Virus record (IMG/VR): IMGVR_UViG_3300032073_000007
Span: 47,273-111,272 of that record
Source of the DNA: a virus
DNA length: 64,000 nucleotides
Strand: one strand, 5' to 3'
Shown one piece after another: positions 52,001 to 61,249 of the stretch. Under the pieces are notes generated by a model. The model was not told the DNA's origin. It made no database searches and saw only the letters and a program-made list of their open reading frames with translations. Each line of letters opens with the position of its first letter. Position 1 is the first letter of the stretch. A program made the position numbers and the translations under genes.

Positions 52001-55000
52001 CTATTTTGTAGACCAATTCCAGTGGGGTTTGTAGTAGAACTAAAAACGTGGAGTAATTGCGAAGGATTATTTGTTCCTATGCCAACGTTACCCGTTGTAT
52101 TTATGCGTATTCTTTCTTCGCTATCACCATCATCATAAATTGAAAAAGTCCCACCATCATTAATAAGTCTGAATGAGCCTTCAGTATTTAATAAATCTAA
52201 ACTTGATTGGCTACCGTCAGTAGCTGAAACCTTTATAGCAACTGTCGCACCTGAATCGCTAACCTCAAGTTGTCTACTCGGAACAGTTGTTCCTATGCCT
52301 ACGTCGCCACTAGAATTAATGGTAACTCTTTCATCAGAATTAACATCAAAAGATAATTTATTATTGTTGTTATCATATCGTATTGCTCCAACCGCTGAAG
52401 TGCCTGACTTATCAAATATAATTGAAGATTTATTCAGATTCGGTGCTTTTAATCTTAATCTAGCATCTGCGGAAGTGCTTTCTAGCTTTGCTACGTTATT
52501 GTTAGAAACTACATGTAGTCTAGTATCTGGGGTAGTTGTTCCTATACCCACAAGACCTGCCGTGTAGTGGAGCTTGTCAACTTCCATTTTTAATGAGCCA
52601 TTACCTGCTGCATCGTTGCCGAGTTTCATCTCGATGCTGCCAGCACTAGCTGCTCCTATTATAGTTGTTGTAGCGGTTCCCCAAAGGGCGGCATTCGCCG
52701 TAGTTAACGAAGCCGCGAAACCAATACCACCATAACTAGTTGTCGGAGAACCTATCCTTACTCGGCCACCATTCTCCTCTATGTGTAGCTTGGAAGTCGG
52801 ATTTGTTGTTCCTATTCCAACTTTATTATTACCTCTATTTATAACAAGAGCATCGTCGGCTAATGCTGTGTTCCTAATGCGGAACATGTCGTTACTAGCT
52901 CCTCCAGCATATTGGTTTTCTATCTCCCAAGTGGTATATGTCCCCGCTAATTTAAGGTGTGGACCAGCACTCCCAGCCCCAGTTACGAGAATGTTGCCCG
53001 AGACCTCAAGTTTCTCAGATGGATCAGTTGTTCCTATACCAACGTCACCATCAGCCTTGATTCGCATCCTTTCAGTGGAGCCATTATTAGGAGCAAATAT
53101 TATATCTTTATTTGTAGATGATAAAAGCTGAAGACCTAAAGTAGAAGTAGATTTCACTTTTCCTTCATTACCCACATTAAACTCATTAGCTGTTACAACA
53201 TTAGATACGCTAATTGCTTGATTACTAGTAGCACCTCTTTCCGTAACGGTTTGTAAAGTATCAATATCTAAATCACTAACTCCTGTCATGACAGGGTTGC
53301 CATTTATATAAATCCCACTATCAGTATCTATAAAAACACCGCTCTTAAAACTTAAGAGCATTGTGTTCGCACCACTAGACAATGCAGGAGAAGTTACAGA
53401 ATCACTAAATACAAAAGCACCATTATGACTGGGTTGAACTATCGAATAATTTCCTGCGGTTACAGCATCATTTGCACCAATGACTTGCTGAGTGCCACCA
53501 AGAGTTATAGATCTCGACCCTGATATAATGTTATTATTTCCTCCTACGATGGTGCTTTCAGAACCGCTGATTGTATTGGAGACACCCGCACCAATAAAGT
53601 TGTAGCCACCGCCTACTAATTTTTCTTTAATTGTGTTGCTCTCTCCACCAGCAATCGCAGATGCTTTGTTAGCAACTAAGTTTCCTTGTCCTCCTCCGAT
53701 AGAAGCGGCAAAAGCGTCTTTAATTTTGTTGGCCGATCCACCTGCTATAGAAGCCCTTTCAGAACCTGATATTAAATTATTAAATCCACCACCAATGACT
53801 GCAAAATTACTCCCACTAACATCATTATTTCTACCCCCAACACTTACAGAAAATTCACTACTATCTACGTTTATACCAGATCCACCACCAATAACATTTG
53901 TATTACCCCCAGAAATTTGGTTATTTATACCAGCGATAATAACATTATAGTTACCACTAATAGCATTACCAGAACCTCCTAATATAGCAGACCCTGTAGC
54001 TGGGGACTGATAATTGATTTCATATCCACCTAAATCAGTTTGGTGAGAAATTGAAGTTGCCCCTTGTGGATTTATGGATATTGATTGTGGATATGTAAAA
54101 TCAACTACTTGGATATCCGCGCCAAAAGTTACTTTTTCAGTCTCTTTCTTAATAGCGGGGCTTGTTGAATTCCCCATATAAAGGTCTCCTTGTGTATTAT
54201 CAGAGCCATCCTTGACTCTCATAGATCCACAAATAACAACCTTATCTGAATAAGAACTCATTTCAGTCGGGTTAACTCCAATCCCCATTTTGCCTTCTAC
54301 ATGAAGGTTGTTAGCAGCAGGAGTTAATGCGTAATAATTGCTACCAAACGTTGCTCCACCAGCTCCTAAAGTTCTAGGAGAACTAGAGCCTACAGATAAA
54401 GTATCATCTAAATCACAACAACCTGTATCAACACTGAGTGTAGTAACACATCCATCTGAAGAAGCATCTATACCATCACCAAAACTCAAACCTCTAAACT
54501 TAGCAGGGTTCTTCGTCCCATCGACATAAGCGAACCAATCTGCTGACCCTTCTGACGCACAATTCTGATCCTCAGACTTGATTTCTAGCATATTACCTTG
54601 ATCGGTAATTGTAATATTTTCTGCACCAGTTAGAGTTTTAAACTCAAATGGTCTAATGCTATCTTGATAATAAACTTGCGCTCCCGCCCCTATGTTATCA
54701 GCAATACCACCGCTAATAAGAATCATTTCATTATTGTCACCAATTTGGTTAACAGAAACGTTATTTTTATTACTGGGAAGTTGGTATTGTAAACTTCTAA
54801 ATATAAAAGGATTGCTACTCCCTTCTACATAAACATCTATTCCATCTCCAGTATTAGCACAGCTTCCAGTAGCGGCTCCTGAAGCTGATATTGTGACATT
54901 TTGGGCATCCGAGCTTAAAGAAATCCCGTTTCCCTCTGCTAATCCTTTAAACAGAAATGGTTTATTCTCGTCTTCGACGTATATTGGGTGAGAAGCGGAT

Positions 55001-55848
55001 GGCATGTTTTCAGCAAGACCTCCACTAATCAAAATCTGACTGCCATTATTTGGATCAATTAATACATCAGTATTCCCCTCACCTGTAAGAGTCCTAAATT
55101 CAAAAGGGTTACTGGACTTTGGCGGCCCTTCGTTATAAACCTCTACTGCCGAACCAATATTTATACATGAACCAGTTCCCCCTGCTTCTCCAGTCCCAGT
55201 AGCGTTAATTATGATAGATGTAGCAGTTTCCTCAACAGTGACTCCTGTGCCAGCAACAATATTCCTAACCTTGACTGGGTTTGATTCGCTTGTGTGACCG
55301 TCTTCTACTAAAGGCCGAGCCGCAAGCCCCGCAACAGAACCTCCTAATTGTCTAAATTGCCTGTCTGAAAGCTGAATATTACTTCTTTGAGTATATTCTT
55401 CTAAAGATCCATCTTTTAATTTTAAAATTGGGAAATAGCCTGTAAATTCTGTTACATTATCTCCATCAAAAAGAATATGAGGGAATTGGGTTGTTATATC
55501 ACTTCCATCGTCCCCGCTAACTCCAGTAAAGGTTGCGCTAGTTACTAAAAAGTTTTCGGCATTTACGATTACCTCTACATAATACTCAATATCATGTTTA
55601 ACTGGAAGATCAAAAGGATCTCCCATGTTAGAAATTTTTTGATCATCTCTAGTCTGGACCTGAGTCTCTGAAGTCCTATTAAAATAATAACCTTGGTTAA
55701 ATTTAACCTCGTAACCGTCTAGCTCTCCTTCATCGGAAAACTTATAATCAACAGACGGGAGGAAGGGTGTTACGTCATCAACCGTAAAACCTTCCCTAGA
55801 TACTCTCGAAACGAAATCATCAATCTTTACTTCTTCTTCTTCAGCCAT
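46066..55848 (-). CDS. Giant modular tail fibre/adhesin (3260 aa)
   Basis: N-terminal PFEFRTL repeats, GGxxN autotransporter-head-like repeats, many GNVGIGTT junctions, KSFIIDHP...LEGPE C-terminus. Confidence 0.8.
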   Translation of the reverse strand: MAEEEEVKIDDFVSRVSREGFTVDDVTPFLPSVDYKFSDEGELDGYEVKFNQGYYFNRTSETQVQTRDDQKISNMGDPFDLPVKHDIEYYVEVIVNAENFLVTSATFTGVSGDDGSDITTQFPHILFDGDNVTEFTGYFPILKLKDGSLEEYTQRSNIQLSDRQFRQLGGSVAGLAARPLVEDGHTSESNPVKVRNIVAGTGVTVEETATSIIINATGTGEAGGTGSCINIGSAVEVYNEGPPKSSNPFEFRTLTGEGNTDVLIDPNNGSQILISGGLAENMPSASHPIYVEDENKPFLFKGLAEGNGISLSSDAQNVTISASGAATGSCANTGDGIDVYVEGSSNPFIFRSLQYQLPSNKNNVSVNQIGDNNEMILISGGIADNIGAGAQVYYQDSIRPFEFKTLTGAENITITDQGNMLEIKSEDQNCASEGSADWFAYVDGTKNPAKFRGLSFGDGIDASSDGCVTTLSVDTGCCDLDDTLSVGSSSPRTLGAGGATFGSNYYALTPAANNLHVEGKMGIGVNPTEMSSYSDKVVICGSMRVKDGSDNTQGDLYMGNSTSPAIKKETEKVTFGADIQVVDFTYPQSISINPQGATSISHQTDLGGYEINYQSPATGSAILGGSGNAISGNYNVIIAGINNQISGGNTNVIGGGSGINVDSSEFSVSVGGRNNDVSGSNFAVIGGGFNNLISGSERASIAGGSANKIKDAFAASIGGGQGNLVANKASAIAGGESNTIKEKLVGGGYNFIGAGVSNTISGSESTIVGGNNNIISGSRSITLGGTQQVIGANDAVTAGNYSIVQPSHNGAFVFSDSVTSPALSSGANTMLLSFKSGVFIDTDSGIYINGNPVMTGVSDLDIDTLQTVTERGATSNQAISVSNVVTANEFNVGNEGKVKSTSTLGLQLLSSTNKDIIFAPNNGSTERMRIKADGDVGIGTTDPSEKLEVSGNILVTGAGSAGPHLKLAGTYTTWEIENQYAGGASNDMFRIRNTALADDALVINRGNNKVGIGTTNPTSKLHIEENGGRVRIGSPTTSYGGIGFAASLTTANAALWGTATTTIIGAASAGSIEMKLGNDAAGNGSLKMEVDKLHYTAGLVGIGTTTPDTRLHVVSNNNVAKLESTSADARLRLKAPNLNKSSIIFDKSGTSAVGAIRYDNNNNKLSFDVNSDERVTINSSGDVGIGTTVPSRQLEVSDSGATVAIKVSATDGSQSSLDLLNTEGSFRLINDGGTFSIYDDGDSEERIRINTTGNVGIGTNNPSQLLHVFSSTTNPTGIGLQNSQRYYSVRSNNFSLVFTDETVAEERMRISSSGHVGIGTTSPASTLEIEAPSSANGTELKITSAFGESPKILSFDYVLSNTNTTAAQIIGFGRPSFGPYMQFKVHTGSTLSEVMRLTSSGHVGIGTTNPSAALTIKGSANDSTFRLNSFLGSGYIDALMGNTPYFRLYQSNGNRLQIGAGDGNINRSNSSNAAIDLSFATNGGNVGIGTTSPSRPLHVLFSGDSGTRIESTDSHSSLYIESHSGKGQYIRFSENTADKYWINSSGGKLYFRPAATGTAANQVIFDSSGNVGIGTTGPSEKLEVIGNGKLSGTLTITNDMVINSSGNRSITWGANDLSFKSGTTTGLRVNAAEVRVNTKFGLHNAGGLTNNTELLGMELEGSQSSHYSHAIFAVPQANHIPTNLYIRGEDGAYGGGSTKGVSVYIHGGDNTTSTNQGDVILAHDGSSGRGNVGIGTTSPSAKLELAGTYGNTKLDGHFIGFTRASANYLWANATGGDLRFTVNGNAIGSPSMIINTSGNVGIGTTNPSDELEVYKNGSDVAIRIHEDAGTHEAKLHLRRGGNDWEIINNSDLAFEIEGSEIARFKTNGNVGIGTTIPVARLDVSTTGADGINLSQDTAASTISSRLFFSNATAGQGVSIYNSGSNMRFQTGSTIGSSTGTTRMVINSSGNVGIGTVSPNALLELSKDGGGSSTTLLNVGGTGNGRMLVRHIDGKLHSSDATDSLYLNYVSSGHISMVNGGGSVGIGSNAPSAKLDVAGAGKFTGQVTIPATPSASTDAASKGYVDSQVGSADTLQEVTDNGNTTTNSVGIGTTSVAGAKLEIQTTAGSPMLQLRPTGASTDINPLILYRNQNNGTANYLLAKNASTYFGTYNSGVPTDESEMVKITPSTSDAPILQIGDAGSTAARLDVGGNIRLLNNGYSYISGGDVGIGTTSPQTRLDVNSSTINKVATFTSTDSTAFIQIADQNTTATTHGYGANGNVLSLYANDEERMRIHSDGNVSIGSNSASAKLTVLTDATSSEMRTVNISHTRNDPDVATQAVRIDMNLSGADNTTDDRLNSGLILDIDSSANGDASNEHKIYGVHSDVRFTGFSDIVRGGYFLAESNYTGAKTSQLIGVYGQAIHDAASTSGGVSNMYGVYGYSNVQDLGDVDNSFGGKFLVLISSGRGDADVGVTKGVEGEVTIDKASTINYGTMIGVSSIIDNNEGSVPNFGNQYLFKGAYEGTKGANAYGIYVGGDKNYFEGSVGIGTTNPSTIFHIDDDASTGTGLLLTGGGLGQALATFTRDVGGSGTIAINSSDSRPQIKLAASSNTFALGVNGSTFEIADNDKLGTNPRLSITNTGNVGIGTTGPNALLNVQGDSDPTILINAVTGNSANSGKLAFAETDGGAHQAWMKYDGSANRLEIGTAEVSQALVIKRTDGNVGIGTTNPANLLSVVDSGGTGLEFIPQDANNRNVIFSYKRSASAYKQLNFSANDYVFVTGGVNDRMVIKNDGKVGIGTTSPNHTLDVETATDDIVASFNSLDNKAAIGIYDDDTQIYLSAADSKGSFGFQVGTHANNLNIDASGNVGIGTTNPSGKLEIKASSFAGTIRFRQPDGNAPFVSSTAGTAMVFQTYTGTDKAAIYVDNSGNFTIGGANIHLDGVVSGDRFKALNGGALTSPSIQLDDTTGDESGLYLPATNNIGIITDRLERVRIDGSGNVGIGTNSPSANGSKTTLHINSDTNGAAIRLSQASNSSLIRYDNTNGLKVGTIASKNLSFETADTTAITIDTNQNVGIGTTSPRGKLDIVGNTDDDTDFLTIQDNDPTAGSHRPSIRFRSDTAQIGQIASLDNGMRFSVGTSEDSLLEIKSGGYVGIGTTNPCSKLEVNGHFAATSKSFIIDHPTQKDKKLQYASLEGPENGVYVRGTTDKETIDLPEYWSELVHEDSITVVLTPIGKKQDLFIKEKSNKLIKIGGAEGSFDYVVYGERKDIDKLEIEPLKV

Positions 55849-56179
55849 CTAAATCTTCCTTTTCAAAAAAAGATGGATTTTGATAATCTATTTGTAAAAT
55901 TTCACCATCTTCATTGAAGTAATACAATCTCTCAAAACAATTAAATTTATTATAATTTACTGTTTTTATGTCTTTCTCTATAAATCCCGTAGAATTGCGT
56001 GAATAAAAGTATTTAAGTCCACCTCTTTTTAGAGAACCGTCAGGCCAAAGATATTGTTTTTCGGCAAAATAACAATCTTTTAAAGTGTTGTTTCTCCAAA
56101 CTTCAATATACGCAAAATCATTATCAAAGTCGTGCCGCTTTGTTTCTAGTTTTATGGACTTCTTTACGATGGTTTTCAC
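55841..56179 (-). CDS. Hypothetical protein
   Basis: GTG start; overlaps the fibre gene start. Confidence 0.55.
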   Translation of the reverse strand: MKTIVKKSIKLETKRHDFDNDFAYIEVWRNNTLKDCYFAEKQYLWPDGSLKRGGLKYFYSRNSTGFIEKDIKTVNYNKFNCFERLYYFNEDGEILQIDYQNPSFFEKEDLDG

Positions 56180-56319
56180 TTTAATAATGATATAAAATAG
56201 TTACACCTATTTCAATTATTTGTGCGCTAGTCAAAAAAATACGGACCCTGAAAAGAGCCCGTATTTCCTTATTTAAATTGTTTTTTATTACCTACAACTG
56301 TAGATTATTTACAACTCCC

Positions 56320-58029
56320 TCACCCACCTTTAGGTTTAGGTTTAGGTTTAGGTTTTGACTCTGGGTCTGGATCTGAACCCTTTGCTCTTTCCATCTGATC
56401 TGGAGTAGGAGCGCCTTTATCACCCTTTTTTCTCATTTTTTCGCCAGAGCCTCTTTTAATTCTTTCTTTTTTCTTTCTTATGTTTTCCCAGAGGCTGCTA
56501 TCAGACTTTTTTTTTGCGTCTCCCTTCTCTTTCATTACCTCTTTATGACGTTTCATAAAAGCCTCATGATTTGGGCCAGCCATATATAGAGTTTTCCCAT
56601 CTTCTGTTTTGTGGGTATGTATGCCATCTAAGCCAAGTTTTTTGGCATCTTTCATAGCCTCATCCTTTGTTTCAAAGTAGTGCTTATTTACATCTGGAGC
56701 GCCATAAGAGTATTTTTTATTTTTACCCTCTGATTTTTTCTTTTTCTTATCTCCATAATGATGAGCAGCGTTGCTTTCCTCTTTTTCCTCTTCTTCAGTA
56801 ATTTTGCCCTCTTTCCTCATTTTTTCTAAGATTGCCTTTTTAAGAGCAGGAGGAAGTTTTTTCTGTTTTTCAGTAAGCTGTGCTTTGTTCTCCTCGTCTT
56901 TTTCCATCATCATGGCCCTATCTTTCTTATACTGCATAGCACAAGAAGACATACTTTTATCCATATCCATGTCTTTTGTGTCAACCATATCAGCATCGTT
57001 CATCATGCAGTGGCTCATATATGACTTAAATACAGTCTTTTCATCATCGCCCATGTCCATGCCGTAGACCTTCTTGCTCTTGTATGCTGCTTTAGCAATA
57101 TCTTGATCAGCTTTTCTGTAAGATTCTTTAACCTTACCACCCCTCATCATTTTAAGGAAAGTATTCACTCTAGCCATAGCCCATCCATGACGAGACATGT
57201 TAGGACGGTGAGAGGTGCTAAAAGCACCAGCACCTCGCCTGTAAACTCTCTTAAGTTGACCCAAGGTGACCTTTTTAGAATACTTGGCGTTATGAGTCTT
57301 AACTTTTTCTTTTAAAGTATTTGTGGTCTTTTCACTGAAGGTGATTTTCCCTCCACCCTTTTTAGCACTCCCTTTCTTATTTCTTTTAGAACCTCTTTTT
57401 CTTTCACTAGGCTCTGCTGGTGTTTGTGCGCCACTCTTCGGCCCCCTCCGTTTTGCTGCTTCAGATTCTTCTGTAATTTCATCAACGTATGCTAATGATG
57501 GGCAACATGCTAAAAGATCTTCTTCGTTATAAAGTGATTCACCATCCCACTGCTCTTCCATAGACCCTTTCGTCACATTTGTGACGCTTTTCTTACTCCA
57601 CATTCTACATGACCAGTATTTAGGAGTTGTTTTATCTTTCGCCATATCACAGTTATGCCTAGCCCTAAATGCCTTTCTCCTTTTTGGATCGTCCCTCTTA
57701 ATCTCCATGTTAGGATCTCCAAAGTTAACCTTAACCACATTTCCTTTTTTGTTTTTTACATAAACAGAGAACTTTTTTGGCCCCTTCGGAGTTCTGAATG
57801 GCTTATTTAAAGTCTTGTTTTCGTTAGCCGCTTCTGTGAAAAATAGAGATGTGTCATCCCCATCTTCAAAAACGACAGATGCTTTTGATTCTGCATCTTC
57901 AAAAATATTCATACAAACAGCGACTCTCTGCTTATTATCATTGAATTCATCCTTGTCAGTCAAATCTGAAACACAACGACCCATAAAGTCGCCCTTCTTC
58001 TCATTGTTTCTTGGAGTTGGTAATGGCAT
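56320..58029 (-). CDS. Lys-rich mosaic late protein
   Basis: Start placed at MPLPTP behind GTGTAA; string of short basic motifs; terminator-like hairpin at 56233-56266. Confidence 0.7.
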   Translation of the reverse strand: MPLPTPRNNEKKGDFMGRCVSDLTDKDEFNDNKQRVAVCMNIFEDAESKASVVFEDGDDTSLFFTEAANENKTLNKPFRTPKGPKKFSVYVKNKKGNVVKVNFGDPNMEIKRDDPKRRKAFRARHNCDMAKDKTTPKYWSCRMWSKKSVTNVTKGSMEEQWDGESLYNEEDLLACCPSLAYVDEITEESEAAKRRGPKSGAQTPAEPSERKRGSKRNKKGSAKKGGGKITFSEKTTNTLKEKVKTHNAKYSKKVTLGQLKRVYRRGAGAFSTSHRPNMSRHGWAMARVNTFLKMMRGGKVKESYRKADQDIAKAAYKSKKVYGMDMGDDEKTVFKSYMSHCMMNDADMVDTKDMDMDKSMSSCAMQYKKDRAMMMEKDEENKAQLTEKQKKLPPALKKAILEKMRKEGKITEEEEKEESNAAHHYGDKKKKKSEGKNKKYSYGAPDVNKHYFETKDEAMKDAKKLGLDGIHTHKTEDGKTLYMAGPNHEAFMKRHKEVMKEKGDAKKKSDSSLWENIRKKKERIKRGSGEKMRKKGDKGAPTPDQMERAKGSDPDPESKPKPKPKPKGG

Positions 58030-58042
58030 ATTGTTTTTTACA

Positions 58043-58585
58043 CTATAAAAGTTCCATAGGGGAACGATATTCTTCATATGGAAGAAACCAATGTTCACAG
58101 CATTCAAGGACGCTGGACATATAAATAATAGTCATTAGGTCTTGCCGACCCTTCCTGTTATACCCCTTGTGCAGAGCATCCTTAATAGAGGTTACTCGGT
58201 CTTGTAATTTGCAATATTCATTAGCATAATTAAACAAATCTTTGTTTTTAGCGCACAAAAAGAAGGCTCCAAAGTCAAAAGCTATCCATTCTGGCTTATT
58301 TAAGTCATTGCACCAGCCCATTTCTCCTTGAACATTCGTAATTTCTAAGAGAATTTTGCCCTCTTTTTGTGTTTGTTTTAAGCCTTTTACATCAAATCCT
58401 ACGCCATCTACCACAAAATCAGTGTGGTTTTTAATATCGTCATGCTGGCTTGTCTTCTTTATTTGCTGACCTGCTGCTCTACATGAGTCATAAAACCTTT
58501 GCTGCCCTTCATTGCCAACATTAATTGATTTGTTTATATGTCCTATCGAAGACATGCTTTTAGCTTTGTTAGATATATAACTCAT
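58043..58585 (-). CDS. PD-(D/E)XK-like nuclease
   Basis: HTDF...FDVKG...LLEITNVQG..GW. Confidence 0.55.
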   Translation of the reverse strand: MSYISNKAKSMSSIGHINKSINVGNEGQQRFYDSCRAAGQQIKKTSQHDDIKNHTDFVVDGVGFDVKGLKQTQKEGKILLEITNVQGEMGWCNDLNKPEWIAFDFGAFFLCAKNKDLFNYANEYCKLQDRVTSIKDALHKGYNRKGRQDLMTIIYMSSVLECCEHWFLPYEEYRSPMELL

Positions 58586-58877
58586 CAAAGAATCTATTAC
58601 CGTTATAAGCCTTATCGTCAATCCAAAAATCATACGAAGGCTTATTCATACGAAGTTCTGTGTAATTAACACCCCAATCTTCTAATTGTTTTTTGGTTAA
58701 GTCTGTCCAGTCTATTCCAGAATTACCTCCCCTAGCAGTCCAATAAATAACTTTATGACCCCTCTTGTGCAAGTCATTAAAATAATGAATTCGGCTATGC
58801 ATTGGTCTAGCCAACTCATAATTTCCTCTACTATCAGTGCAAATAGTGCCGTCAATGTCTACGATGAATGTTTTCAT
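58569..58877 (-). CDS. HAD-family phosphatase (capsule-biosynthesis type)
   Basis: DIDGTIC, WTARG, KPSYDFWIDDKA. Confidence 0.85.
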   Translation of the reverse strand: MKTFIVDIDGTICTDSRGNYELARPMHSRIHYFNDLHKRGHKVIYWTARGGNSGIDWTDLTKKQLEDWGVNYTELRMNKPSYDFWIDDKAYNGNRFFDELYI

Positions 58878-59600
58878 TTAATTTGTGGAATTGGTAATTG
58901 TAACAATCCTATCAACACAATCTTTGAAATGCATATTTTTACCAGATATATGATGAAGTCTTTCTAAATGTTTATATTTAAAACACATAGGATTTATCCA
59001 CCAATCCTCCCAAGGGTGAGGAATAAGACCAGTAATATGCTCATGAAATGACACGTTTTCAAATAACAAATTATATCCACAAGTTTTTAAAATCTCTTTG
59101 GAGTTAGACTTACAAACTTTAACTTCATCAATAGATCTTTCTCCACCATACCATGTGCCACATACTTCTTGTGTTCTAACATAATGGTAGTCGTGTTCAA
59201 AAGTCATAAATATAAATTTAAACCCATTTTCTAAAAGATTTTTAAGAGTTTGTAAATTTGCAGAATCAACATCAAGTGATATGTAATGTATTATCTTTTG
59301 AGGAAAATGTTTGTTTAAAAGTTCCATGAACTCATCACTCGTAGAATCCATTTGATAAAAGGGGCTTTGTCTTTTTTCTTTAAATTCTTCAGAATAATTC
59401 TCTATGTCAACACAAATACCTGACCAACCATTCTCTTCTAGGAGTAAGGTATTATTTTTTTCTACAGGATGACGGCATCCTATATCTAAAAAAGTAAGAG
59501 AATCCGTATTTTTAAATAAATTGAGAGCAGCTACATCCTGCATTTCATTGCTATAATACGTAATTTCTTTGTGATTTGATTCTAATTGTTCTTCAATCAT
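58878..59600 (-). CDS. FkbM-like SAM methyltransferase
   Basis: QD, FLDIG, NNTLLLE..GWSGICVD, YISLDVD, TFEHD. Confidence 0.75.
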   Translation of the reverse strand: MIEEQLESNHKEITYYSNEMQDVAALNLFKNTDSLTFLDIGCRHPVEKNNTLLLEENGWSGICVDIENYSEEFKEKRQSPFYQMDSTSDEFMELLNKHFPQKIIHYISLDVDSANLQTLKNLLENGFKFIFMTFEHDYHYVRTQEVCGTWYGGERSIDEVKVCKSNSKEILKTCGYNLLFENVSFHEHITGLIPHPWEDWWINPMCFKYKHLERLHHISGKNMHFKDCVDRIVTITNSTN

Positions 59601-60093
59601 TGGTTAGTCTATTTATTATTTGTGTTGTGCTGATATCTTCAACAAAAGGAATAACTTTTAATATGGCTGAACCTTTTGCTTTTACTTCCGATTTATTTAA
59701 AGAGCTTTCATCGTAATCTCCTCCCTTGCACCAAAAATCTGGCTGGAGTTCTTTTAAATGTTTCGCTACAGTTTTTGTATTAAAAATAAAAACATAATCA
59801 ACAGCTTCATGACAAGCGACAGTATATGCTCTTTGTTTAGCAGATAAAATCGGTCTACCTGCCCCCTTCAAGTTTTTAACACTTGCATCCCCATTAATTG
59901 CAACAACTAGTTTAGAATTTAAGCTACATGCACTCTTCATTGTATTTAGTAGACTTGCATGACCAGCATGAAACAAATCAAAACATCCATTTGTGAAAAT
60001 AAAAAACTTTTTAATTCCGCACTTTTCTAGCTCTCTAGAAAATTCTCTTTCTCTTTTTATTTCTTCAAAAGAAATTATCTTTTTATGCTTCAT
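59593..60093 (-). CDS. rfaE2: HldE/RfaE domain II heptose-1-phosphate nucleotidyltransferase
   Basis: FTNGCFDLFHAGH, NGDASVKNLKGAGRP, KGGDY, STTQII. Confidence 0.85.
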   Translation of the reverse strand: MKHKKIISFEEIKREREFSRELEKCGIKKFFIFTNGCFDLFHAGHASLLNTMKSACSLNSKLVVAINGDASVKNLKGAGRPILSAKQRAYTVACHEAVDYVFIFNTKTVAKHLKELQPDFWCKGGDYDESSLNKSEVKAKGSAILKVIPFVEDISTTQIINRLTND

Positions 60094-60836
60094 ATCGTTG
60101 CCACTCCTTTTTTCCGTATCACTTTTTGACAACAATCTTGAGCCAAGAGAATGGCTGTTTCAATATTTTTTGTCGTTGCATAAGCGTAAGACAGAGCGGC
60201 TAAGAAAGTGTCGCCAGCCCCAGAAACATCTCTCACTTCAGAAGGAGACTTAATAGGATAATCTTTATTATTATACCAGCAACCCTTAGAGGCTTTTGTT
60301 ACAATTACGTTTTGGGCTAAATGTTTCCAACCGTTTTCCAAATATTCTTTTTCATTGATTTTGATAAAAGTAAAAGCATCTGCCCATTCTACATTAAATC
60401 TTTTTTTAGTATCTAAAAAAGAAAGTTTACTTCTATTTCCAATTTCTCTTAGATCAGATTCTTTTAAGAATCCCTTGTTGTAATCTGAGACAACTACAGC
60501 ATCATAATCTTCGATATTAGAGGGGAGTTCGCCACAGTAAGGATAAGAGTCTGTATCTACCCTTAGTAGCATTTGGTTCGACTGCGTGTCTACATATCTA
60601 GTTTTATGACCATCTGATTCATTCGTAAACAAATCAATTTGATTTTTATATGGGATATCTTTATGGGTATCTTCGTCAAGAGCTATTAAATTCCTATATA
60701 CATTTGTAGCCATGCCCAAATTATCTACTCCATTTTCTGGAACAAATACTGGAGCAGGAGCCTCTGGACAAAGCCTCTCTGATTTACCGTAACAAAACCT
60801 GTCGCTACAGGTTTCCCCTATAACAAGAAATTTCAT
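60090..60836 (-). CDS. rfaE1: HldE/RfaE domain I heptose-7-phosphate kinase (PfkB family)
   Basis: RLCPEAPAPV, VSDYNKG, DVSGAGDTF. Confidence 0.85.
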   Translation of the reverse strand: MKFLVIGETCSDRFCYGKSERLCPEAPAPVFVPENGVDNLGMATNVYRNLIALDEDTHKDIPYKNQIDLFTNESDGHKTRYVDTQSNQMLLRVDTDSYPYCGELPSNIEDYDAVVVSDYNKGFLKESDLREIGNRSKLSFLDTKKRFNVEWADAFTFIKINEKEYLENGWKHLAQNVIVTKASKGCWYNNKDYPIKSPSEVRDVSGAGDTFLAALSYAYATTKNIETAILLAQDCCQKVIRKKGVATI

Positions 60837-61207
60837 TTTTGAGAATCTCCCTTTTTTATTCTATAAGAATCTTCGTCAAAATGTTGAGTGCTAACTTCAA
60901 AAACACTGGAATCTTCTAATGCAGTTAATTTATGAGGGGTGCAGGGCTTCAAATGGACTACATCTCCTTCACCTAATGTCCTCTCTTTTTTTTCAGCCCT
61001 TTCTAAATCAAAAAATTCTATTTTCAGGCTCCCTTTAGTTACACACCAAGTTTCCTCTTTTAAAATATGGTAGTGCATAGAAAAAGAAGACCCCTCGTTA
61101 AAACGAAGAATCTTCCCACAATACTTTTCATTGTTAGTTATCCAAAGCTCATCACCCCAACCTTTTCGGTGCGCTTCTAGTCTAGAAAAAACAGGTTCAA
61201 TACTCAT
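60833..61207 (-). CDS. Cupin sugar-isomerase-like protein
   Basis: KGWG.E, YCGKIL, SMHYH..KEETW, FEVST. Confidence 0.8.
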   Translation of the reverse strand: MSIEPVFSRLEAHRKGWGDELWITNNEKYCGKILRFNEGSSFSMHYHILKEETWCVTKGSLKIEFFDLERAEKKERTLGEGDVVHLKPCTPHKLTALEDSSVFEVSTQHFDEDSYRIKKGDSQK

Positions 61208-61249
61208 TTAGAGTATTATATCCTGCTGAACAGATTATTCAAGCAGTAA

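Noticed and set aside
37802-54529. Many short plus-strand ORFs with VVPIPTLP
   Set aside because: Antisense translation of the GNVGIGTT junctions
36235-55848. Diversity-generating retroelement behind the duplicated fibre segments
   Set aside because: No reverse transcriptase; both copies are coding and the differences are not adenine-specific
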